Below the pieces are notes generated by a model. That model had not been told where the DNA came from, ran no database searches, and saw only the letters and a list, made by a program, of their open reading frames with translations. Positions 1-10,159 of a DNA stretch of 64,000 nt are shown piece after piece. Source of the stretch: an uncultured Bacteroidales bacterium. GTDB taxonomy: Bacteria; Bacteroidota; Bacteroidia; Bacteroidales; UBA10428. The position numbers and the translations under genes are program-made. Numbering within the stretch: the stretch's first letter is position 1; the number at the start of each line of letters is the position of its first letter. The DNA lies in NCBI GenBank assembly GCA_964503885.1, contig CAZDCD010000015.1:24663-88662 (forward strand), given 5' to 3'.

Positions 1-1742
1 TAAGCACAGGTGAGGCCTCCACAATAATAAAAATATTGAATGATTACACTTTTGGAGGCAACCTGGTAATCACGGCAATCAGCCAGACCAGCACCAAAGC
101 CTTCAGAATGTTTGACAAGCTGTGGATCCTCGATGAATCGGGATACCCTATATTTAATGGTAATCCCGGGCTTGCGCGTGATTACTTCAGCGGACATCTG
201 AGTCTCCCTGAAACAAGGGGAACAGCAGAAGAGCTTACACCGGATCACCTCCTCGAACTGGTTAATTTCAGGCTTTCCGATTCTTCGGGAAAGGTGGGGA
301 AAAGAAAGATCAATCCTTCAGGATGGCATGAGCGGTTCGAATTGTCTGTGATGAAGGCCGAAATTCCTGCCAGTCATACAAAAATACCATTGCCGGCCAA
401 TTTTATCAATCCACCTAACCTGGAAACGCAGTTCAAAATTTTCAGCATCAGGAATTTTAAGGTGAAATTTTCCAATACTTACAACCTCGTCTCCTCAATA
501 TTGGCAGGACCTTCAGTAGCCTTACTTCTAGGGCTTGTCCTAAGGGAAAAAACCAACGGTACCTATGTGTTCTCGACGAACGGCAACATCCCGTTCTTTC
601 TGTTTTTGAGCGCCATTGCGGCTATATTCCTGGGTCTTCTCATAAGTGTAAAGGAGATTATGAGGGAACGCAATAACCGGATAAAGGAAGATTACCTTGA
701 ATTCAGCAGGTTCAGTTACATCAACTCAAAAATTTCTTTTCTTTTCTTTATTGCTCTAGTCCAGACTTTTTTATATGTCCTTACCGGTAATGCCATTCTC
801 GAGATAAAAGGCATGTTTGTCCAGTTCTGGTTAATATTATTCAGCGCCAGTTGTTTTGGCGTAATGATGGGACTGAATTTTTCAGAAGCCCATAAAAAGA
901 TAACTGCACTTTATGAAACCACGATACCCCTGGTTCTGGCTTTACAGATTCTGCTGGGCGGGGGCATTATTCCTTATAATAAGCTGAATTTCAACGATTC
1001 ACCTTATGTACCAGTTGTGGGTGAGCTTATGGTTTCGAGATGGGCCTATGAGGCATTAATGGTAGAACAATATATCAGGAACGATTACCAGAAACACTTC
1101 TATGATGTGGAAAAAACGATCAGCAACTCGTCATACTTTAGTGAGGAGCTGATACCCAGGCTGCAGGCCTTTCTCGAAAGAAGCAGACAAAACATCGGTA
1201 AGCGTGATACGCTTGGTTACTACCTGCCGCTTATTAGAAACAGTATTATTTCACTCTATGATGATTATGATATTTTTGAATTTGAATTTCTAAATAAGCT
1301 TAATGTTTCAGGGTTCAATAAAAATGTTGCCTCTGAAACAAAAGATTACCTTACCTACCTGGAAATTTATTTCCACGACAAAAAGGAAAAATCAATAGCC
1401 TCAAAAACAGCTCTGACAGAAAAGCTGACCAATTCCATGGGAAAAGCATCGCTGCAGGAATTGAAAAATTCAAGCTACAATAACAGATTGGCATCCAGGG
1501 TGTTGGCGAAAAGCCAGAATATTCACTGGAAAATCCATAACAACAAAATTTGCAGGGTATCTGACCCGGTATACCAGGACCCGAATTCCGATTTTGGAAG
1601 ATCGGTATTGTTTGTGCCGGTAAAAAAGTTCAGGGGGCAGACTATGGAAACCCGATGGTTCAATATAATGATAATCTGGTTGTTTTCATTCGTCTTATAC
1701 CTGGTCATCCTCATTGATGTACCTTCGTATTTCAAGGCTTGA
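1..1742 (+). CDS. ABCG-like ABC transporter: tail of the ATPase domain fused to an ABC-2-type permease (5'-partial, continues upstream of the window)
   Basis: The frame is open from nt 3, so the listed TTG at 36 is not the true start. The first residues ..GGNLVITAISQTSTKAFRMFDKLWILDESGYPIF resemble the H-loop/C-terminal part of ABCG-type ATPases. The middle and C-terminal parts contain multiple hydrophobic helices. Confidence 0.7.
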   Translation, partial: STGEASTIIKILNDYTFGGNLVITAISQTSTKAFRMFDKLWILDESGYPIFNGNPGLARDYFSGHLSLPETRGTAEELTPDHLLELVNFRLSDSSGKVGKRKINPSGWHERFELSVMKAEIPASHTKIPLPANFINPPNLETQFKIFSIRNFKVKFSNTYNLVSSILAGPSVALLLGLVLREKTNGTYVFSTNGNIPFFLFLSAIAAIFLGLLISVKEIMRERNNRIKEDYLEFSRFSYINSKISFLFFIALVQTFLYVLTGNAILEIKGMFVQFWLILFSASCFGVMMGLNFSEAHKKITALYETTIPLVLALQILLGGGIIPYNKLNFNDSPYVPVVGELMVSRWAYEALMVEQYIRNDYQKHFYDVEKTISNSSYFSEELIPRLQAFLERSRQNIGKRDTLGYYLPLIRNSIISLYDDYDIFEFEFLNKLNVSGFNKNVASETKDYLTYLEIYFHDKKEKSIASKTALTEKLTNSMGKASLQELKNSSYNNRLASRVLAKSQNIHWKIHNNKICRVSDPVYQDPNSDFGRSVLFVPVKKFRGQTMETRWFNIMIIWLFSFVLYLVILIDVPSYFKA

Positions 1743-1833
1743 ACACATGATATCATTCCATAACAACAGCTAGCGCTTTACAGGAAAGCATACTTTAAGC
1801 TATTCGCAGCCTTGCACCGGAAAATTAACCAGT

Positions 1834-2040
1834 TTAACCCTTAATTTTTAAGGTATTATATCCGTCTTCCGAAAATGATTTATGCTGATCGCTGATGAAA
1901 CGGTTATACTCCATTTTGAGCAGGTTGAACTTGGTACGGATCGTATCCGATACTCTGCCCGACCATGTTTTTTCCCTTCGGATAAGATCAAAATCATTCA
2001 CCAAACGGATAACGCTGTTTGAACGTTTTGCTATTGACAT
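1834..2040 (-). CDS. hypothetical small protein (68 aa), uncertain
   Basis: This is the only ORF in a 690-nt gap. It is charged and helix-like in composition, with no recognisable motif. Confidence 0.2.
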   Translation of the reverse strand: MSIAKRSNSVIRLVNDFDLIRREKTWSGRVSDTIRTKFNLLKMEYNRFISDQHKSFSEDGYNTLKIKG

Positions 2041-2430
2041 AGCTGAAATCTTTCTTTTTTTATACGCGACAACTCATAAAAAAATACAAAAATCACACCA
2101 TTTTTCAGCCATAATTCCATGAATACCGGCTATCATGTGACTATGCTGCGAAAATAAATGATCGGCGGATGACTTTATTGTTGATAACCCTGTACTTATC
2201 AACAAAAGAGCAGTGTCAGACTGGTAAGCCGGAAGGTATGTTCAGCTTTGTGCAAGGCAAAGAATCAGAAATTAGTATTCATCAGGATTTGAGCGTTCCC
2301 GGTTGTCAGGGGCCTTTTACCTTCGGAAAATACCCGTAACATATTGAAGGGTAGATATATGCATGCAATGGAAGCAACATTCAAAACAGTCAGGCCTGAA
2401 TGTTAATGGTCAGTCAGCTAAAAATTTCAA

Positions 2431-2805
2431 TTAAAAGGGGATCAGTTCAAAAGGAATATCCACATATTCTTTGAATTCTTCACCCAGATCCTGCATATCC
2501 TCATCATCCTGTTCATAGTACCAGATCACTTTCACCTTATTCCCCGATTCATGGATCTGTTCAAGCCGAATGAGGATATCCTGCACCAGCTTGGCCGTAG
2601 CTGTATTGAAATAAATATACTTGAAAACAAATTCAGTGTTTTCGTTGGGAAGCCTATTATATTCGTCGAGCCAGTCGATTAAAGGCTGGTAAAAAGTAAC
2701 CACGTCTTCAGGTAACGAACGTCCGGAGATCTCAAAAATATCGTTTTCAGGATCAAACAACACCCTGGGTGTATCATTGGTCGCCCTTATATCCAGAATA
2801 TCCAT
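2431..2805 (-). CDS. DUF1987 / SiaC-family protein
   Basis: 124 aa. The N-terminal TPRVLFDPENDIFEISGRSLPEDVVTFYQPLIDWL and acidic C-terminal half match my recollection of DUF1987 (SiaC-like partner-switch) proteins. Confidence 0.6.
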   Translation of the reverse strand: MDILDIRATNDTPRVLFDPENDIFEISGRSLPEDVVTFYQPLIDWLDEYNRLPNENTEFVFKYIYFNTATAKLVQDILIRLEQIHESGNKVKVIWYYEQDDEDMQDLGEEFKEYVDIPFELIPF

Positions 2806-2930
2806 AACGTATTAATTAGAAATAATTGCTTTTTGCTGCACTAAATTTACCAAAACATCTCGGTATCGCAAAAATAAATGCAATAAAACCGGGAATATTT
2901 TTATTTTTACTCCCTTAACATACAGGTGTC

Positions 2931-3920
2931 ATGTACAACCCTTCTGATAACCGATACAACAAAATACCATACAAATATTGCGGGTCGAGCGGTTTAAGGT
3001 TGCCTGCTATTTCGCTTGGTTTATGGCACAACTTTGGCAGTGTGGATGACTTTGAAAATGCAGGAATGATCATCAGAACAGCCTTTGATTCGGGAATAAC
3101 CCATTTTGATCTGGCCAATAATTATGGACCACCGGCTGGTTCGGCCGAAGAAAATTTCGGAAAAATCCTTAAAAAAGACTTTAAGAGCCACCGCGACGAG
3201 CTTGTCATTTCTACCAAAGCAGGATATTGGATGTGGGACGGGCCTTATGGCGAATGGGGCTCCAGAAAGTACCTGATTGCAAGCCTCGATCAAAGCCTTA
3301 AGAAGATGGGCCTCGAGTATGTGGACATTTTCTATTCTCACCGGCCCGACAAGGATACACCCCTGGAAGAGACCATGGGTGCACTTGATTTTGCCGTTAG
3401 GCAGGGTAAAGCGCTGTATGCAGGCATTTCGAACTATCCGGCAAATATGACCAGGGAAGCCTCCGAAATTCTCAGGAGGCTGGGGACTCCCTGCCTGATT
3501 CATCAGCCAAAATATTCGATGTTTGAACGGTGGGTTGAACCGGAATTGCTCAATGTACTTGAAAAAGAAGGTATTGGTTGTATCGCGTTTTCACCCCTTG
3601 CACAGGGACTGCTGACCGACCGGTATATAAACGGTATACCCGGAAACTCAAGAGCAGCGAAACCTCACGGTTTTTTAAAAAAAGAACAGATCACTCAGGA
3701 GATTATGGCTAAAGTAAGGGCATTGAACGCTATTGCCTCATCAAGGGGACAGACGCTTGCCCAAATGGCAATTGCATGGCTTCTCAAGGACTCCAGGGTA
3801 ACCTCAGCGCTTATAGGCGCCAGTTCAACCCGACAATTGCTGTCAAATCTTGATTCGCTTAACAACCTTACATTTCGGGATTCCGAACTTCAATCCATTG
3901 AAAAGATCTTAAGCCAATAA
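2931..3920 (+). CDS. aldo/keto reductase (YghZ/Gpr-like)
   Basis: Contains YCGSSGLRLPAISLGLWHNFG, HFDLANNYG, ISTKAG and FYSHRPD, which give the AKR catalytic D/Y/K/H context. Length is 329 aa. Confidence 0.85.
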   Translation: MYNPSDNRYNKIPYKYCGSSGLRLPAISLGLWHNFGSVDDFENAGMIIRTAFDSGITHFDLANNYGPPAGSAEENFGKILKKDFKSHRDELVISTKAGYWMWDGPYGEWGSRKYLIASLDQSLKKMGLEYVDIFYSHRPDKDTPLEETMGALDFAVRQGKALYAGISNYPANMTREASEILRRLGTPCLIHQPKYSMFERWVEPELLNVLEKEGIGCIAFSPLAQGLLTDRYINGIPGNSRAAKPHGFLKKEQITQEIMAKVRALNAIASSRGQTLAQMAIAWLLKDSRVTSALIGASSTRQLLSNLDSLNNLTFRDSELQSIEKILSQ

Positions 3921-3923
3921 TTC

Positions 3924-4916
3924 ATGAAGAAGAAATACAACTGGGGGATCATTGGATTGGGTATGATCGCCGATAAGTTTGCCAAAGGCCTTACCAGTGT
4001 TCCCGGTGCCAAACTGTTTGCCGTTGCTTCAAGGGATCTGAAGAAAGCCGATGCATTTGCGAAAAAATACAACGTGCCGTACGCTTATGGTACCTATGAG
4101 GAGATTACCGAAAATAAAGAGATCGATATTATTTATATAGCCACTCCCCATACCCTGCATTGTGAAAATACGCTCATGTGTCTGAACAAAAAAATCCCTG
4201 TTTTATGCGAAAAACCATTTGCCATGAACCTTAAGGAGGTGAAGCGAATGGTTGGGGTTTCAAGGGAAAAGAAAGTATTTCTGATGGAAGCATTATGGAC
4301 TGCATTTCTACCTTCAATAAAAAAGGTAAAAGAAGCTATTGCCTCGGGCATGATCGGTGATGTTCACCTGCTGAGGGCCGATTTTGGCTTCCAGGCACCC
4401 AGAGATCCTGAAAACAGGATCTTTAATATGGCTCTCGGAGGCGGTTCACTGCTTGATGTGGGTATATATCCTGCCTACCTTGCCATGGAAATTCTCGGTA
4501 AGCCACAGCAGATCAAAGCTCTGTCCTCTACCGGACCGACAGGCATCGATCAGCATTGTGGATTTGTATTCAAATACCAATCAGGACAAATTGCCAGCCT
4601 TTACTCATCCGTCATGGCATGGACTGCCATTGACGCCATGATCACCGGAGAAAAGGGAAGCATCCATATCTACGACAAGTTTTTCATGCCGTCAAAGGTG
4701 GTTTATGTATCATCCGAAGGTAAGCGCAAAGACATGACCCCTGAATATATCGGGAACGGATACAACTACGAAGCTATGGAAGCAATGGCATGCCTTGAAA
4801 AAGGTCTTTTTGAAAGCGACAGGATGAATCATGACAAAAGCCTTGCATTAATGGAAATTCTTGACGGAATAAGACTGGAGTGTGGAATACGATATCCGGG
4901 ATATGATGATGTATAA
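3924..4916 (+). CDS. Gfo/Idh/MocA family oxidoreductase
   Basis: N-terminal Rossmann motif WGIIGLGMIADKF and the EKP motif (LCEKPFA). It starts 4 nt after the AKR stop, so the two are probably co-transcribed. Confidence 0.8.
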   Translation: MKKKYNWGIIGLGMIADKFAKGLTSVPGAKLFAVASRDLKKADAFAKKYNVPYAYGTYEEITENKEIDIIYIATPHTLHCENTLMCLNKKIPVLCEKPFAMNLKEVKRMVGVSREKKVFLMEALWTAFLPSIKKVKEAIASGMIGDVHLLRADFGFQAPRDPENRIFNMALGGGSLLDVGIYPAYLAMEILGKPQQIKALSSTGPTGIDQHCGFVFKYQSGQIASLYSSVMAWTAIDAMITGEKGSIHIYDKFFMPSKVVYVSSEGKRKDMTPEYIGNGYNYEAMEAMACLEKGLFESDRMNHDKSLALMEILDGIRLECGIRYPGYDDV

Positions 4917-5556
4917 ATGCTGGTTCTTTATATTGTTTATTGTTTTGACATGCTTCAGAACATTTACACAGCCTGCAGACAATCTGTTGTGGACCGGTGT
5001 AACCATAAAGGCCGACCTGAGCAAAAAATTCCGTGTGAATGTTGAAGAGCAGGCCCGCTTCGACAACAATATATCGCATCTTAATATCACGCTTACTGAG
5101 GCAGGATTGCGGTATGAACTGACAAAAAGAATCGACCTGAAGGCTGGTTTCAGGTATATTTTTGATCCTGAATCGCATAACAGCCAAAGATTCTCCGGCG
5201 ATATCAGGTACACATGGTCCAAGAAAAAGTTCCCAATCGACATCGGATTAAGGTCCAGGTATCAGCATACAGTTGAAGAGCATACCATGGAATCGAAAAG
5301 TTATATCAGGAATAAAATCAATCTTGACTATAATCTGTCGAAGCTGGCAGATCCGTACATTGCATATGAAAGCTATTTCAGGCTGAACTATCAGAACCGG
5401 TTTACCGTCAGCAGGTATTTGATTGGAATTGAATGGAGGTTGCATAAAGACCTCAACCTCGAAACGTACTTCCTGTTTGAAGACGAATTCGGTGAACGAA
5501 ATCCTAAAAAATCACGCATTTTCGGACTTGCTCTGTCTTACGACCTTAACCTGTAA
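4903..5556 (+). CDS. DUF2490-like outer-membrane protein
   Basis: Signal-like MMMYKCWFFILFIVLTCF. Alternating beta-strand pattern with LWTGVTIKADLSKKF..EEQARFDNN..LRYEL. I prefer the start at the internal Met run (4903) over 4882, which overlaps the previous gene. Confidence 0.55.
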   Translation: MMMYKCWFFILFIVLTCFRTFTQPADNLLWTGVTIKADLSKKFRVNVEEQARFDNNISHLNITLTEAGLRYELTKRIDLKAGFRYIFDPESHNSQRFSGDIRYTWSKKKFPIDIGLRSRYQHTVEEHTMESKSYIRNKINLDYNLSKLADPYIAYESYFRLNYQNRFTVSRYLIGIEWRLHKDLNLETYFLFEDEFGERNPKKSRIFGLALSYDLNL

Positions 5557-5557
5557 A

Positions 5558-7993
5558 CTATTCATATTTCAGTGCTTCCGAAGGATTTGTACGCGCAGCA
5601 AGGTAAGCCCTGTACATTACGGTAAGCATTGCAATAATCACAGCCAGCATAAAAGACAACAAAAATTCCCAAATGGTAAGGTGAATCCGGTAATAAAAAT
5701 TCTGCAACCAGTTCTTCATCATGAAATAGGTGATCGGCCAGGCAAGCAATGTGGCTATGGTAACCAGCAGAAACACCTCCTTGGTCAGCAACACAATAAC
5801 ATTTGAGATGGTTGATCCAAGTACTTTGCGTATCCCTATCTCCCTCGTACGTTGTTCGGAGGCATAAGAAGTGAGCCCGAACAATCCCAGGCATGCGATC
5901 ACAATGGCAAGAATTGAAAAACCCAGAGAAATATTCCCTGTCCTTATCTCCTCCCTGTACATGTTATTAAAATCTTCATCCATAAAAAAATACTGGATCG
6001 GATCGGAAGGGGCAAATTCCTTCCATGACTTTACAATATTTCGTATGGTACCTTTCATATTTTTAGGCGCCAGCCTTATGGTAAGGTATCCGCCCCATCC
6101 CCACCACCCCGGTTTAAGCAGGAATGCATGCGGGTAAATATCCTCGTGGAGCGATTGATAATTAAAATTATCCGCGACACCTACAATAGAAAGCTTCGTC
6201 CGTTGTTCCGGTGTTTCGGCCGGCTGAACAAACCTTTCAGACAATGGCTTTGTAAAGCCAAACTTTTTAGCTGCACTCTCATTGATCACTATGGATAATG
6301 AATCGGAAGTAAAGTCGCGAGAAAGAAAACGGCCTTCTTTAAGCTTTATCCCATAGGTTTTCAGGTAATCGTAATCGACCCAGTTTACCTGCATCAGCAC
6401 CGTTTGTTCTGAGCTGGTCCGGCCATCGATCATAAAACCGTTGTTATTGTTGGGATGCCCGGGAACCGCAGTGGAATTTGTAGATGAAATAACCCCGGGA
6501 TACTTTTCAATTTCCTGTTGAAAGACCTTGATCTTTTGATAATTTCCAAGAGCTTCCGCCCTTTTTATGACCATCAGCTGTTCTTTGTTGAATCCGAGAT
6601 CTTTATTGAGCATATAATGTATCTGCCTGTAAATTATTATGGTTCCAAGGATTATGATCACTGAAACACAAAACTGGAATACTACCATTACACTTCGCAG
6701 CAGGCTTCGGCGCGAACCCTTATGAATACCAGAGATCACATCCACAGGCTTGAATGATGACAGCACAAAAGAAGGGTAGCTGCCTGCTATTATACCAATA
6801 ATCAATGCCAATAGCAGTAATACAGGAATATTATACCATTTTTCAAACAGGTTGAACGAGAGGTGGAGTTGTGTGATGCGGTTTATAAACGGCAGGGTGA
6901 GTTGAACAAGGAGTACCGACAAGATCAGCGAAACAACGCTGAGTAAAATGGATTCTAATATAAACTGGCTGACCAGTTGTCCCTTTGAAGAGCCGGAAAC
7001 CTTTCTCAGTCCGACCTCTTTTGACCGTTTTATAGATCTTGCGGTTGCCAGGTTCATATAGTTAATGATCGCAACCACAATAATAAGCAGCGCAATGATC
7101 GAAAAAATATAAATATATTTTTTGTCGTTCGATGGTTTCAATCCGTGCTCTATTGAAGTATTCAGGTGAATATCGTCAAGGGGCTGCAGATAAAGTCCGT
7201 ATCTGTTGCCAGATGCTTCCCATTCTTCAAGTGTAATCCCGAGTGCCTGCTCGATCTGCGGGCCCACATACTTTTCAAGGATAGGCTTGATCTTTTTTTC
7301 AACATCTTTGGGTGATGCACCATCCTTCAGGAGAAGGTATGTATTGAAACTATTTGATAACCAAAATTCTTCGTTTGCACGGTGATGCGATGTAAATGAG
7401 CCGAGCACATTAAATTCAAAATGTGCGTTTTCCGGCACATTATCCATAATGCCTGTGATCGTATAATATGTGGTGTCGGAATTCAGCCTAACATGTTTCC
7501 CAATGGGATCTTCTTTTCCGAAATATTTGGCAGCAGCACTTTTTGTCAGCACCAGGCTGAAAGGTTCCGCCAGGGCAGTCGCCTGATCACCCTGGATCAG
7601 AGGAATGGAGAACAGGTTGAAGAAGCTCGAATCGGCAAGCATAAAATGCTTTTCTATAAAACTTCTGTCATCGATCTTAATGATGGTTTCGTCCCAGTTA
7701 TCCATCCTTATTGCGTCGATGACCTCCGGGATCTCGTTCAGCAATGCTTTCGCAGTCGGGGCTGCAGTCCATGCACCCTTAATTTCTGATTCCCCGATCT
7801 TTCCGTCAAGGTAAACCCTGTAAATCTGTTTGTGTTTTACATTGAACTTGTCATAACTCAGTTCATTGATGACAAACAAAAGGATTATTATGCTGCTGGC
7901 TATTCCAATGGCCAGTCCGGCAATGTTGATAAACACGTAAGTCTTCTGGCGGGAAATATTCCTGAGGGCAACAATAAAAAAGTTCTTAAGCAT
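5558..7993 (-). CDS. ABC transporter permease, FtsX/MacB-like
   Basis: 811 aa with an N-terminal TM helix, a large periplasmic domain and two FtsX-type 4-helix blocks. This is the typical Bacteroidota MacB-like permease architecture. No ATPase gene is adjacent. Confidence 0.8.
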   Translation of the reverse strand: MLKNFFIVALRNISRQKTYVFINIAGLAIGIASSIIILLFVINELSYDKFNVKHKQIYRVYLDGKIGESEIKGAWTAAPTAKALLNEIPEVIDAIRMDNWDETIIKIDDRSFIEKHFMLADSSFFNLFSIPLIQGDQATALAEPFSLVLTKSAAAKYFGKEDPIGKHVRLNSDTTYYTITGIMDNVPENAHFEFNVLGSFTSHHRANEEFWLSNSFNTYLLLKDGASPKDVEKKIKPILEKYVGPQIEQALGITLEEWEASGNRYGLYLQPLDDIHLNTSIEHGLKPSNDKKYIYIFSIIALLIIVVAIINYMNLATARSIKRSKEVGLRKVSGSSKGQLVSQFILESILLSVVSLILSVLLVQLTLPFINRITQLHLSFNLFEKWYNIPVLLLLALIIGIIAGSYPSFVLSSFKPVDVISGIHKGSRRSLLRSVMVVFQFCVSVIIILGTIIIYRQIHYMLNKDLGFNKEQLMVIKRAEALGNYQKIKVFQQEIEKYPGVISSTNSTAVPGHPNNNNGFMIDGRTSSEQTVLMQVNWVDYDYLKTYGIKLKEGRFLSRDFTSDSLSIVINESAAKKFGFTKPLSERFVQPAETPEQRTKLSIVGVADNFNYQSLHEDIYPHAFLLKPGWWGWGGYLTIRLAPKNMKGTIRNIVKSWKEFAPSDPIQYFFMDEDFNNMYREEIRTGNISLGFSILAIVIACLGLFGLTSYASEQRTREIGIRKVLGSTISNVIVLLTKEVFLLVTIATLLAWPITYFMMKNWLQNFYYRIHLTIWEFLLSFMLAVIIAMLTVMYRAYLAARTNPSEALKYE

Positions 7994-8110
7994 ACCTGGT
8001 TCAGTTAAAATGTCAGTTATATCATAAGACGCTTCAAAAATGGAATTGTTACACTTCTATGAAAAATTTTTCCGGTCTGGTTGGGACTTTTATTACCTAT
8101 TGAATATCTT

Positions 8111-9142
8111 TTAATTACGTACAATAACTTTTGTACCACAGTGAATACATTTGCCTGATATGTCAATGCCAATGCATTCAACAGTATAACCCGAGCGCCT
8201 GATCAGGGTCTTTCCGCATCCACTGCATTGTGTATCCTGGTAATTCTTTATGCTTGTGTTACCCACATACACATAGTTTAAATAACGCCTGGCCTCATCA
8301 TAGAATTTACTGAGTATTTCATTTCCTGTTGGTTGAATTTCAAGCTTATACATCGGATGATAGCGGGACAGGTGAAGTACCGTATTGTTCCCAAGCTCGC
8401 CTGCAAGCCATTTTATCATTTCCGTAAACTCGCCCAGGGAATCATTTAGAGAAGGTATCACAAGGTTTGTAACTTCCACATGTTTATTATGCTGAGATAA
8501 AAATTTCAACGTTTCCTTAACTGGCTCCAGCTTTGCTCCCGTCTGTGATCTATAAAACCTGTCATTAAACGCTTTCAGGTCGATATTGAACCCGTCGATA
8601 ATCCCGGTAAGCTCCTGCAAAGGTTCCGGGCTCATATAACCATTTGAAACCATCGCGTTTTTCATGCCTTTCTCATGCACGAGCCGTGCCGTATCGAGCA
8701 TATACTCATACCAGACGGTGGGTTCATTATAGGTATAGGCCACACCGATGTTATTCTGTCTTGATAAAGCAATCTCAACAATCTCCTCGGGCACATAGCT
8801 TTTCCGGTACGGGAAATCATTTGCACCTGTCTGTGATATCTGCCAGTTCTGGCAGCATTTACACTTCATGTTGCAACCCACACTTCCAAGCGACAGGATA
8901 AGTTTACCGGGGAAAAAATGGTAAAGTGGTTTTTTCTCAACAGGATCAAAGTGGATTGCCGACAGCACCCCATAATTTTCACTAAAAAGTCTACCCCCGG
9001 TATTCCTGCGAACCTTGCATATCCCGTAAGCTCCTTCCCTGATCGAACATCTGTGGGGACAAAGTTCACAGATCACTTTATTGTCCGCTTTGGTATAAAA
9101 GAGGGCTTCTTTCAACACCGACCGGGTTGAGACTCGTTCCAT
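8111..9142 (-). CDS. AmmeMemoRadiSam-system radical SAM activase-like enzyme
   Basis: CNMKCKCC (CX3CX2C) radical-SAM cluster motif, plus an N-terminal Cys-rich CELCPHRCSI..GICKVR and a C-terminal CSGCG..CIHCG. Overall similarity to pyruvate-formate-lyase-activase-like AmmeMemoRadiSam proteins. Confidence 0.7.
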   Translation of the reverse strand: MERVSTRSVLKEALFYTKADNKVICELCPHRCSIREGAYGICKVRRNTGGRLFSENYGVLSAIHFDPVEKKPLYHFFPGKLILSLGSVGCNMKCKCCQNWQISQTGANDFPYRKSYVPEEIVEIALSRQNNIGVAYTYNEPTVWYEYMLDTARLVHEKGMKNAMVSNGYMSPEPLQELTGIIDGFNIDLKAFNDRFYRSQTGAKLEPVKETLKFLSQHNKHVEVTNLVIPSLNDSLGEFTEMIKWLAGELGNNTVLHLSRYHPMYKLEIQPTGNEILSKFYDEARRYLNYVYVGNTSIKNYQDTQCSGCGKTLIRRSGYTVECIGIDISGKCIHCGTKVIVRN

Positions 9143-9472
9143 ATGATTAAAAGTATAAAAAATCGCTGTAAGTTCGCCCGCTTTGGTAATTTAATTCCCC
9201 GTATTTTTCTTCTCATTTTGCATCAATAATGGTTATTTACACAACCTGAACGAAAGGTATTCAGAACATTTGCTTTACTTTGCAGGAAAATCTGAACACA
9301 GAACTCCGATGATGCTGAATACAGGTTATGCACATCATGGATCGGTGAACAGAACAGTTGATTTCCGGCTGAAAATACACAAGCCAACACCACAATGAAC
9401 AAAAGAAGTTCAGTTTTGGTTGAATAGGTAGACCCTCAAAATAACGATATATTGTAACTCTCATTATTCATA

Positions 9473-10135
9473 ATGTCACAAAAACAGAAACCATTAAAAG
9501 CAGTGCTCTTCGATATGGACGGCGTGCTTGCCGATTCGGAGGAATTGATCTTTCAGGCTGCCAGAAAAATGTTCGGTGAACACGGTATCGAAGTCCACCA
9601 CGAAGATTTTAGACCGTATCTGGGCACAGGTGAAGACAGCTACCTTGGCAATGTTGCCCGAAAGTATGGTTATGCCATGGATATGGCCCGTGATAAAGCC
9701 AGAACATATGAGATCTATGCGCAGCTGGCACCGGGAAACCTGAAGCTATTTCCGGGGGCATCTGAATTTATCGGTTCCTGCAGGAAAAAAAATCTCAGAC
9801 TTGCCGTGGCAACAAGTGCAGATGAATATAAAATGAAAGTGAACTTGAAAGCTTTGGACCTTGATGACAATGCGTTTGATGAGACGGTCAACGGACTGGA
9901 GGTTACCCGCAAAAAACCCGATCCGGAAATATACCTCAAAGCAGCCTCGAAACTGCATGTGAATCCGTCTGAATGCCTGGTGGTTGAAGATGCAGTATCG
10001 GGAATAGAAGCAGCAAAATCAGCGGGCATGTACTGCCTTGCTGTCACAAACAGCTATGGCCGAAAGGAATTGGGACAGGCCGATTGGGTGGTAGATAACC
10101 TGAACGAATTCATTGATGTTATTCGTACATGGTAA
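9473..10135 (+). CDS. HAD-superfamily hydrolase (beta-phosphoglucomutase-like subfamily)
   Basis: Motif I FDMDGVLADSE, motif with ATSA, and VEDAVSGIEAAKSAGM. Confidence 0.8.
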   Translation: MSQKQKPLKAVLFDMDGVLADSEELIFQAARKMFGEHGIEVHHEDFRPYLGTGEDSYLGNVARKYGYAMDMARDKARTYEIYAQLAPGNLKLFPGASEFIGSCRKKNLRLAVATSADEYKMKVNLKALDLDDNAFDETVNGLEVTRKKPDPEIYLKAASKLHVNPSECLVVEDAVSGIEAAKSAGMYCLAVTNSYGRKELGQADWVVDNLNEFIDVIRTW

Positions 10136-10159
10136 ATGGAATAATCCCGCAATACCAGG

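Noticed and set aside
2178-2205. A perfect 10-bp hairpin, TTGTTGATAA-ccctgtac-TTATCAACAA, in the 1743-2430 gap.
   Set aside because: There is no flanking U-run on either strand, so it is not an obvious terminator, and no second copy was seen in the window. On its own this is insufficient to call a feature.
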